Positions 37,230 through 50,664 of a stretch of DNA of 64,000 nucleotides are shown here, piece by piece. The position numbers and the translations under genes are program-made. Every line of letters starts with the position of its first letter. Position 1 is the stretch's first letter. Source of the DNA: Chrysomallon squamiferum (taxonomy: Eukaryota; Animalia; Mollusca); NCBI GenBank assembly GCA_012295275.1, contig CM022671.1, positions 33,852,001 to 33,916,000 on the forward strand, given 5' to 3'. Under the pieces are notes generated by a model. It saw only the letters and a list, made by a program, of their open reading frames with translations, did not search any database and had not been told where the DNA came from.

Positions 37230-38288
37230 GATTATTATTATTATTATTATTATAATCTTCATCATCATTATTATCATATCACAATAAAGTACTGAAATGC
37301 TGAGAAGTTCTGATTGCAAATTATGTACTAACTTGGTTAATAATGTTCAATCTCTCAGTATAACTCAGAACATCAGCCTGCTATGAAAAGAAACCAAAAA
37401 TTATATATGTATACATATACACAAACACAAACACATAAAAATGTAAACACACACACATGTTAATATATTGTGTTGTATTTCAGGGCTGTGGGTTGCATCT
37501 TTGGAGAACTTTTGAACAGCTCTCCTCTTTTCCCTGTAAGTTCAAATTGTTTTAAGTATCCACTTATTCAACATTAAAAAAATAATTCCTGTGTAATATA
37601 CTGTTAAACTCTCTATTATTTTCAATTTATTTTTATTACTTTGGTTAGTATTGCAAAGGGTTGTAACACCATATTTTTATTATCCAATTAATTGGGTGAA
37701 AAAAAAAAAAATAATAATAATTTTTAAACACATGTATAATAATGTAGGTGTTTGAAATAAAGAAAGGTTTGCATATTTTTATTTATTATAAAATTGAAAT
37801 ATTGTGAATTTGATGTTTATTTTTGAACCAAATGAGTGTTTTTAGCCAGACAGTTCATATTCTTGGTATTAGGAGTGTTTTTCATTTTCATTCTTCGGTT
37901 TTCAGAACAGGAATGTTCAAATAGAGAAAAGCAATTTTGTGGTTTTTATAACTATTTATTATTAGTAGTAGTAGCAGCAGTAATAGTAGAAGTGATAGCA
38001 TCAGTATCATTAGTAGCAGTATTGTTATTGTTACTGTTATTGTTATAATTATTACTACTACTACTACTACTACAAGTACTATTACTACTAATACTATTTC
38101 TACTATCATCCTTATTTTTAGTGTTGTTGTTATTATTACTAATACTACCACTACTGTTATTACTACTATTAATACTACTACTACTATTACTATTATTATT
38201 ATTACTACCACAACTATTATTATTGCTATGACTGCTGTTACTACTACTACTACTATCATTATTATTATTATTACTATTATTACTATTA

Positions 38289-38359
<71 letters not shown>

Positions 38360-38645
38360 GACTGCTATACTGTTTGTTTGTTTCAGGGTGAAACTGATAT
38401 TGAACAGCTGTGTTATGTGTTAAGAGTCCTGGGTACTCCAAATGAACAAATCTGGCCTGTGAGGTTTTACATTCCTTTATTTTATTCTTTCAGTGATAAT
38501 TTCACATATTAATTTCATTTATATATTAGGTAATGGTCTTAGTAAATATATTTGTTTTCTTCTTTCTTTTGTCTTCAATTACTAATATTATTTTTATTTA
38601 TTTATTTACTTACTTACTTACCTTCATATTCATTCATTCATTCAC

Positions 38646-38684
<39 letters not shown>

Positions 38685-38729
38685 TTTGTTTGTTTGTTTG
38701 TTTGTTTATTTATTTTCATATTCATTCAT

Positions 38730-38762
<33 letters not shown>

Positions 38763-40018
38763 ACAGGGTATGACAGATCTACCAGACTATCACAAGATAT
38801 CTTTCCCAGACAATCCACCAATTCCTTTTGAGGAAATTCTACCAGACGGTTCTCCTGTGGCCCTCGATCTGCTCAAGAGATTTCTTGTATACCCAAGCAA
38901 AAAGAGAATTTCAGCCAAAGAGGTATGTCACAGAAAACTGAAACATAATACTTTGTTATTAAGTATTATTTATTATTACTAAAACTGCTACTGATTCTAC
39001 TACTACAACTTCAATATATCAGTTTTCTTAGTATAAATACTAGTACTACTCATAGTAGTAGCAGTAGTAATAATAATAGAAGCAGCAGTAGTAGCACTAG
39101 TACTACTTACAGTAATACCAGTGTTAAAGCAGACACTTACACTGTTGCTAATATTGTTACTATATCTTCTTCTGCTACTTCTGCTATCACTAATTATAAT
39201 TCAAGTACAGATGCAAAATACTAATATAAAAACATGAAGACATTCTAAAGGAAATAATAATACAACCATTACTATTTACAACAAATTTGATACTAACAGT
39301 ACTATTGTTATGTACTCTAAAATTGATGTTAATACTGCTACTACAGTTACAACTACTATTATCTAAAACAATCAAAACTTCTGCTTTATTTAAACTGTTC
39401 CTACTGATTTTACGATTGTTGTTGATGTTCTAGTTGTTTATACATTATTAATTTTATTAATTTATTTATTTTTTATTTTTTATTATTTATGTTATGTAAA
39501 GTATATTTGATGTCATTTAATTATTCTTTTATTATTGTTGTTTTTATTAGCATCATTGTCACCATTATTATTATTATTATCATAATTACTGTTGTTGTTG
39601 TTATTATTATTATTTTTATTATTATTACTATCATTTTATTGTTATTATCATTCTTTTTATTATCATTACTGTTATTATTATCACTATAGTTATTATTATT
39701 ATTATAATTAATTATTATTAGTAGTAGTATTAGTAGTAGTATTAGTATTATTAGTATTATTAGTATTATTATTATTATTATTATTATCTTTATTGTTATT
39801 ATTATTTAATATTGTTTTTTTTCCAGGCACTTCTTCATCCCTATTTTTTCACTGAGCCTCTCCCCGCTCATCATTCTGAACTTCCAATACCTCAGAGAAC
39901 TCGACACAGTGGCCTGCCTCACAAACACCAGGCTCACGAATACACCATCGACAAACCCTTGGAAGAATCCCTGCTAGATCCTGAACTGATAGCTCCTTAT
40001 GTCATTAAACTCAAATAA
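33380..40018 (+). CDS. CDK20: Cyclin-dependent kinase 20 (CCRK), 344 aa, 10 coding exons
   Basis: Exons 33380-33454, 33879-33952, 34311-34350, 34530-34718, 35000-35121, 37009-37071, 37484-37535, 38387-38458, 38767-38922, 39827-40018 (1035 nt). Motifs [53 protein letters not shown] and FFTEPLPAHHSELP are characteristic of CDK20. Confidence 0.95.
35545..35741 (-). mobile_element. Degenerate tRNA-derived SINE with a Nin-like central domain, in CDK20 intron 5
   Basis: On the minus strand it begins TGGTTCAGTGGTTAGAG (A-box-like). The plus-strand body TTAGCAAGAAGGGCAATTTTATATGCACCTTGCCACAAACAGGA resembles the Nin-SINE core of molluscs (recalled consensus, not searched). Confidence 0.6.
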
Positions 40019-40130
40019 TCCTTTTTTAGATCCTGAATTATAGGTCCTTATGTCATTAAACTCAAATAATCCTTTTTTAAATCCTGACATAAAAGCCCCT
40101 TACATTAGGAAACTCAAAACCCTTCTAAAA
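39976..40130 (+). repeat. Three ~52-bp tandem copies of the CDK20 terminal codons and stop
   Basis: The unit ATCCTGA...CCTTAYRTYA..AAACTCAAA starts at ~39978, 40030 and 40081. Confidence 0.85.
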
Positions 40131-42851
40131 ACTACAAGGCCAAGATTAATTTACAGTCCCACATAAATGTTTTAAATTCCATTTAACAGTCTTCAGTTCA
40201 GGATAACCTACCTCAAAAATGAAAGCAGAATAAATTTATCTTCACTCTACCACGACTAAAACATTTTAAGACATGAAAGTAATGAGTTGCTCAGAAACAC
40301 TGGCTGTTTTAAATTAGTATTCACGACTACAGAACCCCTAATTCCCAAATTTCATTAATATATGGACAGTACAAAATAAATATTTGTATTATCATTGTTG
40401 TTTTAAAGATAATGAAAATTTTTATAAAATTTCATGACTTTACTAAAGGCCTGTCACACCTAAAAAGCTTGTGATAAGGCAGCTGTCAGTTGTCCTGATA
40501 ATAACACCAGCGAATGTATGTGATACTAGGTACTGAACTAACTGATATGCCAACATATGGCATGACTGGGTGACTGAGTGTGATATGACAGTGGAATCTG
40601 TCAACAGACTGTTTTCTAGTTCCATATCATCTGTCCACAGTGTAACAAAATTAAAATAATAATAAATAAATTCTGACTTGTTTCTCTTGTATATATTTGT
40701 CTTAACATACATACAATTAAAGGCTTATACAAACATACACATAGCACAGAGAGAGAGGCAAACACAGAGACTGTAATATGAGAATCTTCTTATATTAATA
40801 ATATATATATATATTTTTTTAAATTATCATTTGTATCTATTGTGTGACAAAATGATCTGTTCTATCACGTAAATATCATTTTATTGCCATTTTTATTACA
40901 AATTACTCTCACCCATATACCATTAAATACATATTAATTACATAAATTTTATATGCGTCAGTCAAAAACAAAAGAAACAAAACATTGCTGCAGTGTGCCT
41001 CTCCCGTCAAAAAAATAATAAATAAATAAAAATTATCAGACCTTAAGAAAGGTGAAGGAGAACAGCAGAAATGGACAAAAAGTCAGCTGGTCATTGCAGA
41101 AAAAGCTGACAAAAGGTAGACAGCAATAGCGACCTCTGGTGACAACTTTTATAAGCTTCTTAACACGAAGTCGATTAAGAAATAAAAATATGTAATAATT
41201 TTAAATATTTTGTAATATTTATTTATTAATTTAACAAATGTTACTTTATTTGTACTGGATATTTCATTCGTCAGTTAAATTGTTCTACCAAGCATGTGCC
41301 CCAGAAATGGCCTAGAGGAAAATGTTGGTTTTGTTGATAAAATATTAGTGTATCAGTGAAGCGTTTCTTCATTTGTATGTTTAGTTCGATATATAGGATG
41401 AGGATGAGGTGTCATTGCAGAGAGTTATTTTATGTATTTGTGGTTAGCATGGAAACTCTGCCCTTCGAGCAGATATTTTTTAAATATATATTTTTTTCTC
41501 ATACTTCTTGTCATCGCTATCTTCTTATTATTAGTATTGTTGTTGTTACAGTTGATATCGTTTCTATCGTTGTTGTTGCTGTTATTACTACTACCACTAC
41601 TATTACAACGCCATCATTCATAATACTGCATTAAATTTACTTTCTTTAACGCTTTCTAAAGGTCTTCTCTTCATTTACCATTACTGGCCATCCAGTGTCC
41701 AGTTTAATTAATTGTTTTCTATGATTGTTTTAAATATTTATTCATTTTTTTTTTTTTTTTTTTTTCATTAATTCGAAGTTAATTACCCATATACAATTTG
41801 CATCAATCAAATTAATCTAGACTGCCATATCAGATATGACCGAGGCGACTGTTCGAACAAAACTGTTCGATCTTTCTTGGATAATCGATTTCTGAATCGG
41901 AGAACACACTGTATCGATGGTGTACCGATACGGACCTTCTTAGAGATGATATCTCATCAATATCCTATAATTATTTACATTGCGTGTTTTTATTTCGATC
42001 ACAGCTTAGTGGTTAATAACTAATATTACACCGCAATGCTCTCTTTTTAATTTTGTTTTATTATTATTATTATTTTTTTTTTTCCTGCTCTGTTTGGAAA
42101 TGTTGATAGGACCTGCGCAGTTAAAAGTGTGAAAAAAAATTAATGATATAATGGAGATTAGCTTGACAATACGTTAACAGCTGGTAGTTTTATTTCTAAA
42201 TTAGCACAGGTAATATTTATATATTTATACAGTTTGCTGGAGCTTCAAAACAAATAAGTGTAACTAAAATGATGATGATGATGTTAATGTTAAAATAAAA
42301 TCGAAATTTACAAGAACAATTTATTGAATAATTGATTCACTATTTCCAGCGATGTGGTTATAATAGATCAAATGTAATTCAGCTGATGTGTTCACATTCA
42401 ATATCCCTTTATGTACAAACTGTATTTCACAAGACAGTGAAAACAAAAACATTACACACACACCTATATATATTTACATATTTACATGCATCACACACAC
42501 ACACACATATGTATGTATGTATGTATATAAACATGTAAAACACCTCTCTATGTCAATACATTTTTAATATGACAGCACCATAAGGTGTATTTTTGAATCG
42601 ATTAATTACACACGTCAAAAATCCTGACGCAAATACCATGGAACTGTTTTTCAGTTTATTAATTTAAATTCAAAACGGCAGAGAGCAAGATTTTGTAAAA
42701 CATTAAGTAGTTTAATAAGCATATATTTCATAAAAAAAAAAAATAAAAAAAAAAAAACATATAATAAATAAATAAATATATATAACTACAGTCCACGTAT
42801 TCGTTTCAGGTGTGTTAAAGAAAAAAAACCAAATATATTATTATCATCATT

Positions 42852-42889
<38 letters not shown>

Positions 42890-42929
42890 GGAAACCACAA
42901 TCATCATTTGTTATTATTTATTTATTTAT

Positions 42930-43258
42930 GTTTTAAAATTAGAACATTTTTTGTAATAAATTGAAATCGATCTCGGAAAACAGTTAATTTGCAATATTTA
43001 ATGGTAGTGTCAAAGAGAAAATTTTATATAACCATAATAAATAACTCATTACCCTTCAAATAACAATCCAGCGTACATAACTAAACACTGGATAAAGGTT
43101 TTAAAATTAGAAAATATTAAAATCGATCTCGAAAAACAGTTGATGTACAATATTTAATGGTAGTGTCAAAGGAAAAATTATATATAAACAATAAACATAT
43201 AAAGTACTCATTACACTTCAAATAACAAACCGGCTTAGATAAATAAACATTGGAAAAA
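42930..43258. repeat. ~165-bp tandem duplication
   Basis: GTTTTAAAATTAGAA...AATCGATCTCG...CAATATTTAATGGTAGTGTCAAAG...CTCATTAC..TTCAAATAACAA occurs twice (from ~42930 and ~43098). Confidence 0.85.
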
Positions 43259-43450
43259 AAAACAGCCAGCGGAATAATGAACAGAAACAGACATTTTATA
43301 ATCCGATCATGATAAACAATTTAACATGTAATAAACAGCAGAAGAATCATAAACTGTTATGGCACAAAGAAATGTTAAAATTAAACATATAACAAAGAAA
43401 TATCCACGTTAGAGTTACGTAGTTGATTTAGACTAGTTTTAATGGTGAAT

Positions 43451-44631
43451 GGAAAAAAAGGTCACATGAAAAACGTCACAGAAAAAAAGTCACAGTTTTG
43501 TATAGGAAAAAAAGAAGGTCTGTTCCCAAAACTGGGCTGTCTCCAGATTAGGTAAACGGTGAGGTGTTCTAATCTGCTTCCAGAAATGGGAAAACTGGCG
43601 TGAGCAATTAAGGCCAATTTAGACGCATGGGGATAACGAGAAGAACAGAGAGGGGTGGGGCGATTAACGAGATTAACCTTAATGAGCAGTGAAGAGCAGA
43701 GGTGAGCCGGAATAGAGATTGCAAGAAAATTAATGTTTGGAGATATGAAATTAATGTTATATCTCAGTAAAATCTGGAGTCAGGAAATACTTTGACGTGT
43801 GGGGTTAACGAAATCAATTAAGAGAAATATATCAGCTTGAGGTGGAGTACTTTCTGGGACATTTCGTGTGTAAAGTGTGACTGAATGTGCTTCCAAATTG
43901 TGGACAAAATACTATTTAACAGAAGTACATCAGTTAAGGTGATTGAACACCAGTTAGTAAGGGTGAGCAATAAATTGCCAGAAATGGAACAACTGGCGTG
44001 TCCAGTTAAGATGTGTTATAATCTCACTGCCAGATTCGGGAATAAACCGAAAAAAAGTCACAGGAAAAAAGCCACAAAATTTATGGGTTTGTAGATTATT
44101 TAATGTGGCATCATTGTATGCATGGGGTAATTCTTAAGCTTATTGATTAGGCTGGATTAAAGAAAGGGGCTTCATATTGGGTCTAGCTTGGATTTATCTT
44201 ACTGATTGGGATATATTTAAACTTAGGGCTTCCTATCGTAAATAATTTATAAATGAATTTCACTGTATATTCTTCAGCTTGCTCTAGTATCAGAAATATG
44301 TTTAATATGGAAGTTACTGATAGAAATACGGGTGGTAGCAAAATCTGTTACGAAGGGTTCATGTATACCAAACATGCAACTTGTAAAACAAATGTGTGAT
44401 GCAAATGCGTCAAAAAAATCTAGTTGCAGTTGTCGAGGTTCAGTGATAATAGACTTACAGAGAGACCCTTGAGGACTGCAGTTTGCGACTGTGGCAGAAT
44501 TTCTTCGTGGTATTGGGTGGAACATCAGCCTAAACCACCAACATTAAAATCAATTAACATGGGTTTCACCTATCTTTCATTTCTAATATATTTCTTAATT
44601 TTAATAAAAAGAACTGTGACTTTTTTCCCCC
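43451..44631 (+). mobile_element. Internally deleted Mutator-like (MULE) DNA transposon with a FLYWCH-domain remnant
   Basis: The left end has repeated GGAAAAAAAGTCACA motifs and the right end has the inverted AACTGTGACTTTTTTCCC. From ATG 44307 the frame reads MEVTDRNTGGSKICYEGFMYTKHATCKTNV*CKCVKK/SSCSCRGSV (FLYWCH-like, with a stop and a frameshift). It then jumps to AEFLRGIGWNI, resembling a MULE transposase C-terminus. No TSD was discerned. Confidence 0.7.
43517..44048. mobile_element. MITE nested in the left end of the MULE (PIF/Harbinger-like)
   Basis: Imperfect TIRs: GGTCTGTTCCCAAAACTGG on the left and GGTTTATTCCCGAATCTGG (reverse complement of the right end). Flanked by a GAA/GAA 3-bp duplication, and it interrupts the GAAAAAAAGTCAC array. 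Confidence 0.6.
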
Positions 44632-45059
44632 TAGAATCAGTTTAAATAAAAGGCTGAGTAACACTGATGATAAGACAGCCCACACTGAACAATAATTCCA
44701 GCTTGACGTTTTATTTCTTTAGCTCAACGAGTAACTTGGTCCCTAGCTACATTTTCCAGAACTAGCTCAGAAGCAAAATTGGAACGCGAATAAATGAGAA
44801 TACGAAAATTTCACTGATATTAATTGTTTGGAAAATGTAACAAATTACTAATTTATATACAAAAAAAAAAAAAAAAAAAAATGAATTTCTTATTACTGAA
44901 AATTAATAATAAAAAAAAACCCCAACAACATATATACATATATGAGTCTTAATATCCATGTTGATCGATAAAAGCCTTCAAAAAAATTATTATTTATTAC
45001 GGCTTCTTAGAGGCTAAATTTAGAAAATCAGTTCCACCACAAAAACTAACGCGAAAGCC

Positions 45060-45257
45060 GCTGATACATCACTTTTATGACAAAGCAAATGGTTATTCTG
45101 ATAATAAAACAATATTTATATATATATTTATTTCAGTTTTATGACAAAGCAAATTATTATTTTGCAAAGAAAATATTAATAATATATATAAATAAAATAT
45201 TATATTATTTTATTTTCAGAATAACCATTTGCTTTGTCATAAAATTAAAATATCAGC
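45060..45257. repeat. Foldback inverted repeat
   Basis: TTTTATGACAAAGCAAATGGTTATTCTGA (45073) is the exact reverse complement of 45216-45244. The stem extends to ~43 bp with 2 mismatches, and a partial third copy lies in the loop. Confidence 0.85.
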
Positions 45258-47161
45258 TCTGCTTATTTCTTTGTGCTGTTTGAAACTGCATGTTGAAGGT
45301 ATAATCCACTGTTTGTTACAGCCTTGTTCTTCACAAATGCATAGTTTTGTGCCATTGAACAAAATCTTTCTCTATATACAATCAACAAAACATATAATAG
45401 CTAATACAGTCTACGGGTTAACCCTCCGTAAAGCTAAATAAAATAGAATAAAATAAATAATAAATAATACATAATACATAAAATAAAATAAAAATAAAAA
45501 AAGAAAAGAAAAAAGAATAAGAAAAAAAAAAGAAAAGAAAATAAACACTGGATCCTTCCTTATAAGTCAATTGATTTGAACTACGAGCTAAGGAATTGGA
45601 GAAAGTTAATTATATTTATATTGGTTCACTGACTATAACTCATCGCTGTTGTTGCTCTCACACACACGCACGCACACGCACGCACACACACACATATACA
45701 CACACATGCACACACACGCACACACGCACGCACACACACATACACACACACATGCACACACACACACACGCATACACACACAAAGTAATTAATTACTAGA
45801 TATTACTGATAGACAAAAACATTATCGCAGTAATTACTACTGCACTGCGTATTGATTGTATGAACAGAGATAACAGAATACATCGATAATTTGTTTTGTT
45901 TCAGTGCATAATACACAGTTATTGATTTATTGATAAATCGATAATGTGTGGTGCTGTTGAATACACAAAGCAGTAAAATGATCCACTGTTTTATATATTA
46001 TTAAAGTTTCTGATATCAGATGACGTTAATCCTGAAACTTACTTCTCTGTCCTGATGTGACTGAAATAAACGAGTCATTTGGCTTTGAAACGTTTAGTGG
46101 AAGAGTGAACTTTTGAGTAACGCCTGGTCACGTGATTAATATTTCGTAGATTTGTCTGATGCGCTGTTTCCAGCGTGATATATAGTTTATGGAAATGTAC
46201 AAATATAAATATCTCTTGATGCTTCTAGAGGAGCAACTCTTAAAATAGAGCAGCAACTTTTGTACCTTTTATTATCACCTAAATAATAATATAGAAACCT
46301 AAATAATTACCTATGTATGACCTGATCCAAATGCACTGAGATCAGTTTCAAAGAAAACGTATCCAAAACACCTATTTGGACAACTTATTCCATGCAAGAA
46401 ATTTAACATTATGGCATAATTTCAAAGCTTTTTTTATTTAATTTTTAATCTTTATTTTCAATTTTCCATCTTCAATTTTTCATTTGTTTTTAGTTACTTA
46501 TTTTTATTAATATTTTATTTTTTTATTTTATTTTTTTCAGTAATAAATCAATAAAGACAATTACTTCGTCGGTCGATCATAAGGTTGTTTGTTATTTGAT
46601 GCCTTTTTAAAAAAATTCAAAGTAAAAACAACAGCAATAATAATTTAAGCTATTAAATATGAATTTAAAACAAAATAATACACTTGCATACATGTAAAAA
46701 AAACCCACATATAACCAACCGAAAAAATACTCATACCTTTTATTTACTTTTTATATATAAAGGTGTGAAGAATAAATTAATATTTGACTTGTGTATATAT
46801 CTACATAATTAATATTCGTATCCGATATGCCTGCCATGATATTCTAAATAGTCTGAATAATCTTAATTTGTATAAAACAGCAAGATATTTTTATCACAGA
46901 TGAATAATATTTATAGTGTCCACAAGCCATTAAAATCGTTTTTACATTTAAAATTTATAATTTGTCCAAATATGTCCATCATATTTCGCGCTGTTTTTAT
47001 AAAGATCAGAATATATTCAAGATTAAACTAAATGGGGGAACAATGCATACAGTGCTGCACAAGTACCAAATTACCAAATAATGTGCGATTTTTCGGGGTA
47101 AACATACAGCAATCACTAAATGTCAAAAAAACTAATATTTTATTATCACATTATTTCCTCG

Positions 47162-48628
47162 CTATCTTCTGTTTATTTTGCACATTTTACTTTTGATTTC
47201 TAGGAACATTTTTAGAACGGTGTCTGGTGGAATGTAAGTATAATATCTGTCTTTTTCATTTTCTAGTTTCATATTTTGCCACAACTGATAATGAAGACCT
47301 CGCCACTGTGCCATGGCGCGGAAGTGTCGATTAGCTGCGCTCCAGTATACTGGATACAACTCTATGAGTCCTGCGTGTTTAGGAAGGAACAGCGTGTGAG
47401 CCAGTCCGGCCCCGTGCATTCCCAGGAAAACATCAGTTCTGGCGATGAGCTCCAGCTGTTGCTTCATAGGCAGCGAATCCAGCTGGACACCGGTCACGTT
47501 GTGGCCAGGGACAGCTTTCCGAATCGTCTCTAACAGTTCGTTTTCGTTCTGAATCTTCCTCTTCACCAAACCAGAAGGGTTTCTAGGATGTGCGACGTAG
47601 TCTCTGCGCCAGATGAACATGACGTTGAGCTTGCTGCAGTTGAGAGGTTTTGTAGTGGACACGCTATGTCGTGTCAAGAAAAACTCTCTAAACTCTTCCA
47701 AGTATGGAACGAAAGGTCTGTTGTGATGATTGAGCGGACTGTCATATCCCATCACGTTCCAAACCATGTCCTCGAAAAGTACAGCTTCTTTTAACGTCCC
47801 AGCCCTGATCGTTGAGGAAAACAACGTCTGCCACACGGGATCCAGAGATCCGTACGGATGAGCGTCTATCCACAAGATTGTGGTATTATTAGGATCCATG
47901 TCAAATATGAGTAACATCAAAAAGGCATTGTAATAGTCTGTCATCGTGTGGTACAGATTAACGTATTCGTATCTTTTCACGGCTATCGTTAATCCATTTA
48001 TTGTTTTCAATCCAGTAACGTTGCGCTTTCGATCGCAACGCGTGACCTTCATCCAGTCGTTCAGATGATTCTTTCTAGTAAACGCGTAGCTGAAACTGCG
48101 GTTACAGTATAACGAGAAGTAACCCGCTTTAAGTTCCAGATACTCAGCCTTCTCGCTTTGGTTCCACACTGAAGTTAAATTTTCGCCGCCTTTTTTGCCC
48201 TCTGCTTTCTCAGGGTGTATGATGACGTCATGCAGATGAGCGTATTCGTTTGCGTATCCTTTGAAATTACCATAATTCGTCTCGTTCTTGATCCACGTGC
48301 ACAAAGGTTCCGAGGAGGGCGACATGCGCATTCCCATAAAGTTTATTAGTCGAGTCACAGAGCAGTTCTGATGACCGAAGTACCTATGTCTGAAGACTCG
48401 CATTTTCTTTTCTGTCTTATTATGAACACCGGATGTTGAAATCGTGTAATGTCTGTACTTGCTTTGGTTACCGTCATTAAGATCGTACGTTCTGCGAGAA
48501 GAACCGTTCTTTATGAACCCGGAGGTTAAGACATTCCAAGCAAAGACCAAACAGACGAACAGAACAAAATAAACAGCAACCAGAGCGTTGAATAGCTGTT
48601 GGTTGCCTTTCAGTCCAAGAAGTTTCAT
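47162..48628 (-). CDS. GT61-family glycosyltransferase B, XylT-like, single coding exon, 488 aa
   Basis: Type II TM segment (ALVAVYFVLFVCLVFAW) and the same GT61/XylT motifs as copy A. The C-terminal ~270 aa differ from A at only ~7 positions. Confidence 0.9.
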   Translation of the reverse strand: MKLLGLKGNQQLFNALVAVYFVLFVCLVFAWNVLTSGFIKNGSSRRTYDLNDGNQSKYRHYTISTSGVHNKTEKKMRVFRHRYFGHQNCSVTRLINFMGMRMSPSSEPLCTWIKNETNYGNFKGYANEYAHLHDVIIHPEKAEGKKGGENLTSVWNQSEKAEYLELKAGYFSLYCNRSFSYAFTRKNHLNDWMKVTRCDRKRNVTGLKTINGLTIAVKRYEYVNLYHTMTDYYNAFLMLLIFDMDPNNTTILWIDAHPYGSLDPVWQTLFSSTIRAGTLKEAVLFEDMVWNVMGYDSPLNHHNRPFVPYLEEFREFFLTRHSVSTTKPLNCSKLNVMFIWRRDYVAHPRNPSGLVKRKIQNENELLETIRKAVPGHNVTGVQLDSLPMKQQLELIARTDVFLGMHGAGLAHTLFLPKHAGLIELYPVYWSAANRHFRAMAQWRGLHYQLWQNMKLENEKDRYYTYIPPDTVLKMFLEIKSKMCKINRR

Positions 48629-48652
48629 CGTGATTTTCTGTCCAGTTCTTTA

Positions 48653-48708
<56 letters not shown>

Positions 48709-49139
48709 AGAAATCCCAGCTATACATACATCCAGTATCCAGCGAACTTTAAATACTGTTCGCCACTGTAACGTATGTTACGGTTTATATTAGAAATATT
48801 TGGACCACAAGTATTATCTCATCACGAATACATCATCTGTCTGTAAATATAAAAACTAAGTCACTGGATCGTTATTCCAAAAGCCTTGTGGTAAAAAGTA
48901 TGTATTTTTCTAATACATTATGTTTCACCAGCAGCAGCTGTTTTGCTAGTGTGACTTACTGAAAGGTGGTTTAAAATCAAATATTTAAACAGCTTCTGAT
49001 CACGAGGGGTGGTGGTTACAAAGACTGTTTGTCGATGAATGTTGACAGTCTGGTTATTTAAAGTTCTGAAACTGTCCTTTTACAACGCCTTCTTATTTGT
49101 GCTATTTTTTTTTAAAGCTTGTAATAAGATTGTTAAAAT

Positions 49140-49325
49140 CAAGATAATCATTCGTCACTATGGTTTTAAGAACATTGTTATCACTGCGATTTTAAGAAAG
49201 CCATTATCACTATTGTTTTAAGAACACCGTCGTCGCAATAATTTTAAGAACACTTATCATTATGGTTTTAAGAACACTGTTATCACAAGAGTTTTAAGAA
49301 CACTGTTCCATCTCGGTTTTTAACA
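49140..49325. repeat. ~26-bp minisatellite, about 7 degenerate copies
   Basis: The unit TTTTAAGAACAYTGTTATCACTATGG is repeated. Confidence 0.8.
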
Positions 49326-49546
49326 GCTCTTGTATCAGTGTAGGTTGCACAGAAGTGAATATTATTATCCATGTTAATCCGTATTGTTAATGATTTCGAA
49401 ACGGTTGAATCGGTATTCCATCGTGTTATCTATGGTCATATTCCATTTCTTCAGTTCTTTTTTGTTCTTGTTTTGATGTTGTTTAACGACGTTGCTTCAT
49501 CTAAAAAGAGAAAAAGACGATAGAGAAGAGTGAATGTACATGGATG

Positions 49547-49620
<74 letters not shown>

Positions 49621-50049
49621 TGTGTGATGTGTGTGGATGACTGTGTATATATCTTTATGTGTATATATTCGTGTGTAATATAATATTTACACATAGGGAG
49701 AAAAGCATACACAAACAGTAAGCTAAAAATAGAGAGTGATCAGTAATTTTTGTACGAAAAAAAACACCACAATATCCAACATGCATGAAAGACTAACACA
49801 GTAATCAGAAAAAACGAGTGCACACTGTTACACTTAAATCGATTATAACCAATTACAAACATCTGTGCAGTAAATTAAATCGTGATATAAATATATATAT
49901 ATAGTGAAGTGCATTTTGCCTATTGATCTGTATAATGTTATTTAACTGATAAATACATATATATTTACAAAAAAATGACAAACAAATGAATGTAAGCTTG
50001 ATTAAACCTTATCAATTATAGACAGATCTTGCTGCTCGAGAAATTCACG

Positions 50050-50074
50050 TTCGAGTTATCCAGGTTTGACTGTA
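50050..50074 (-). mobile_element. Solo Tc1/mariner-pogo-like terminal inverted repeat
   Basis: The reverse complement reads TA-CAGTCAAACCTGGATAACTCGAAC, a typical pogo/Tigger-type terminus. No partner end was found. Confidence 0.4.
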
Positions 50075-50117
50075 GTTCAACTGCAGGCGATGTCGTAATT
50101 ATCATCATCCTCATCAC

Positions 50118-50162
<45 letters not shown>

Positions 50163-50494
50163 CATATCATAATCATCATCATTACCATTATAATTTAGTT
50201 ATAATTTGAATTAATAAGCATGAAGATATTTTGAGATTCAGTGGACCATAGTGAGTTAAAATAATGCATTAAGATTCTGCAAAGTTCAATTTAATTTGCC
50301 GACTGAGTTAGATACGTCCATTAAAATATAAATTTTTTTCAGATAGTTATGCGGCAGATGTTCAGAAAATTAAATATAATAAAACTAATCTACAGTGAAT
50401 TTTTTTTTTGCCTTTGCTGGTATCTATATAGAGACATGGATACACTTATGATTGTTTTGTTTTAATCACAAGCCCTGCAAAAAACAACAACAAC

Positions 50495-50545
<51 letters not shown>

Positions 50546-50614
50546 TAATAATAATAATAGTAGTAGTAGTAATAATAATAATTAATAATAATAATAGTAG
50601 TAGTAGTAGTAATA

Positions 50615-50664
<50 letters not shown>

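Noticed and set aside
41442-41455. RFX X-box-like GTTAGCATGGAAAC near the ciliary gene CDK20
   Set aside because: It lies 3' of the gene rather than at its promoter, and a single 14-mer without other support could be chance.
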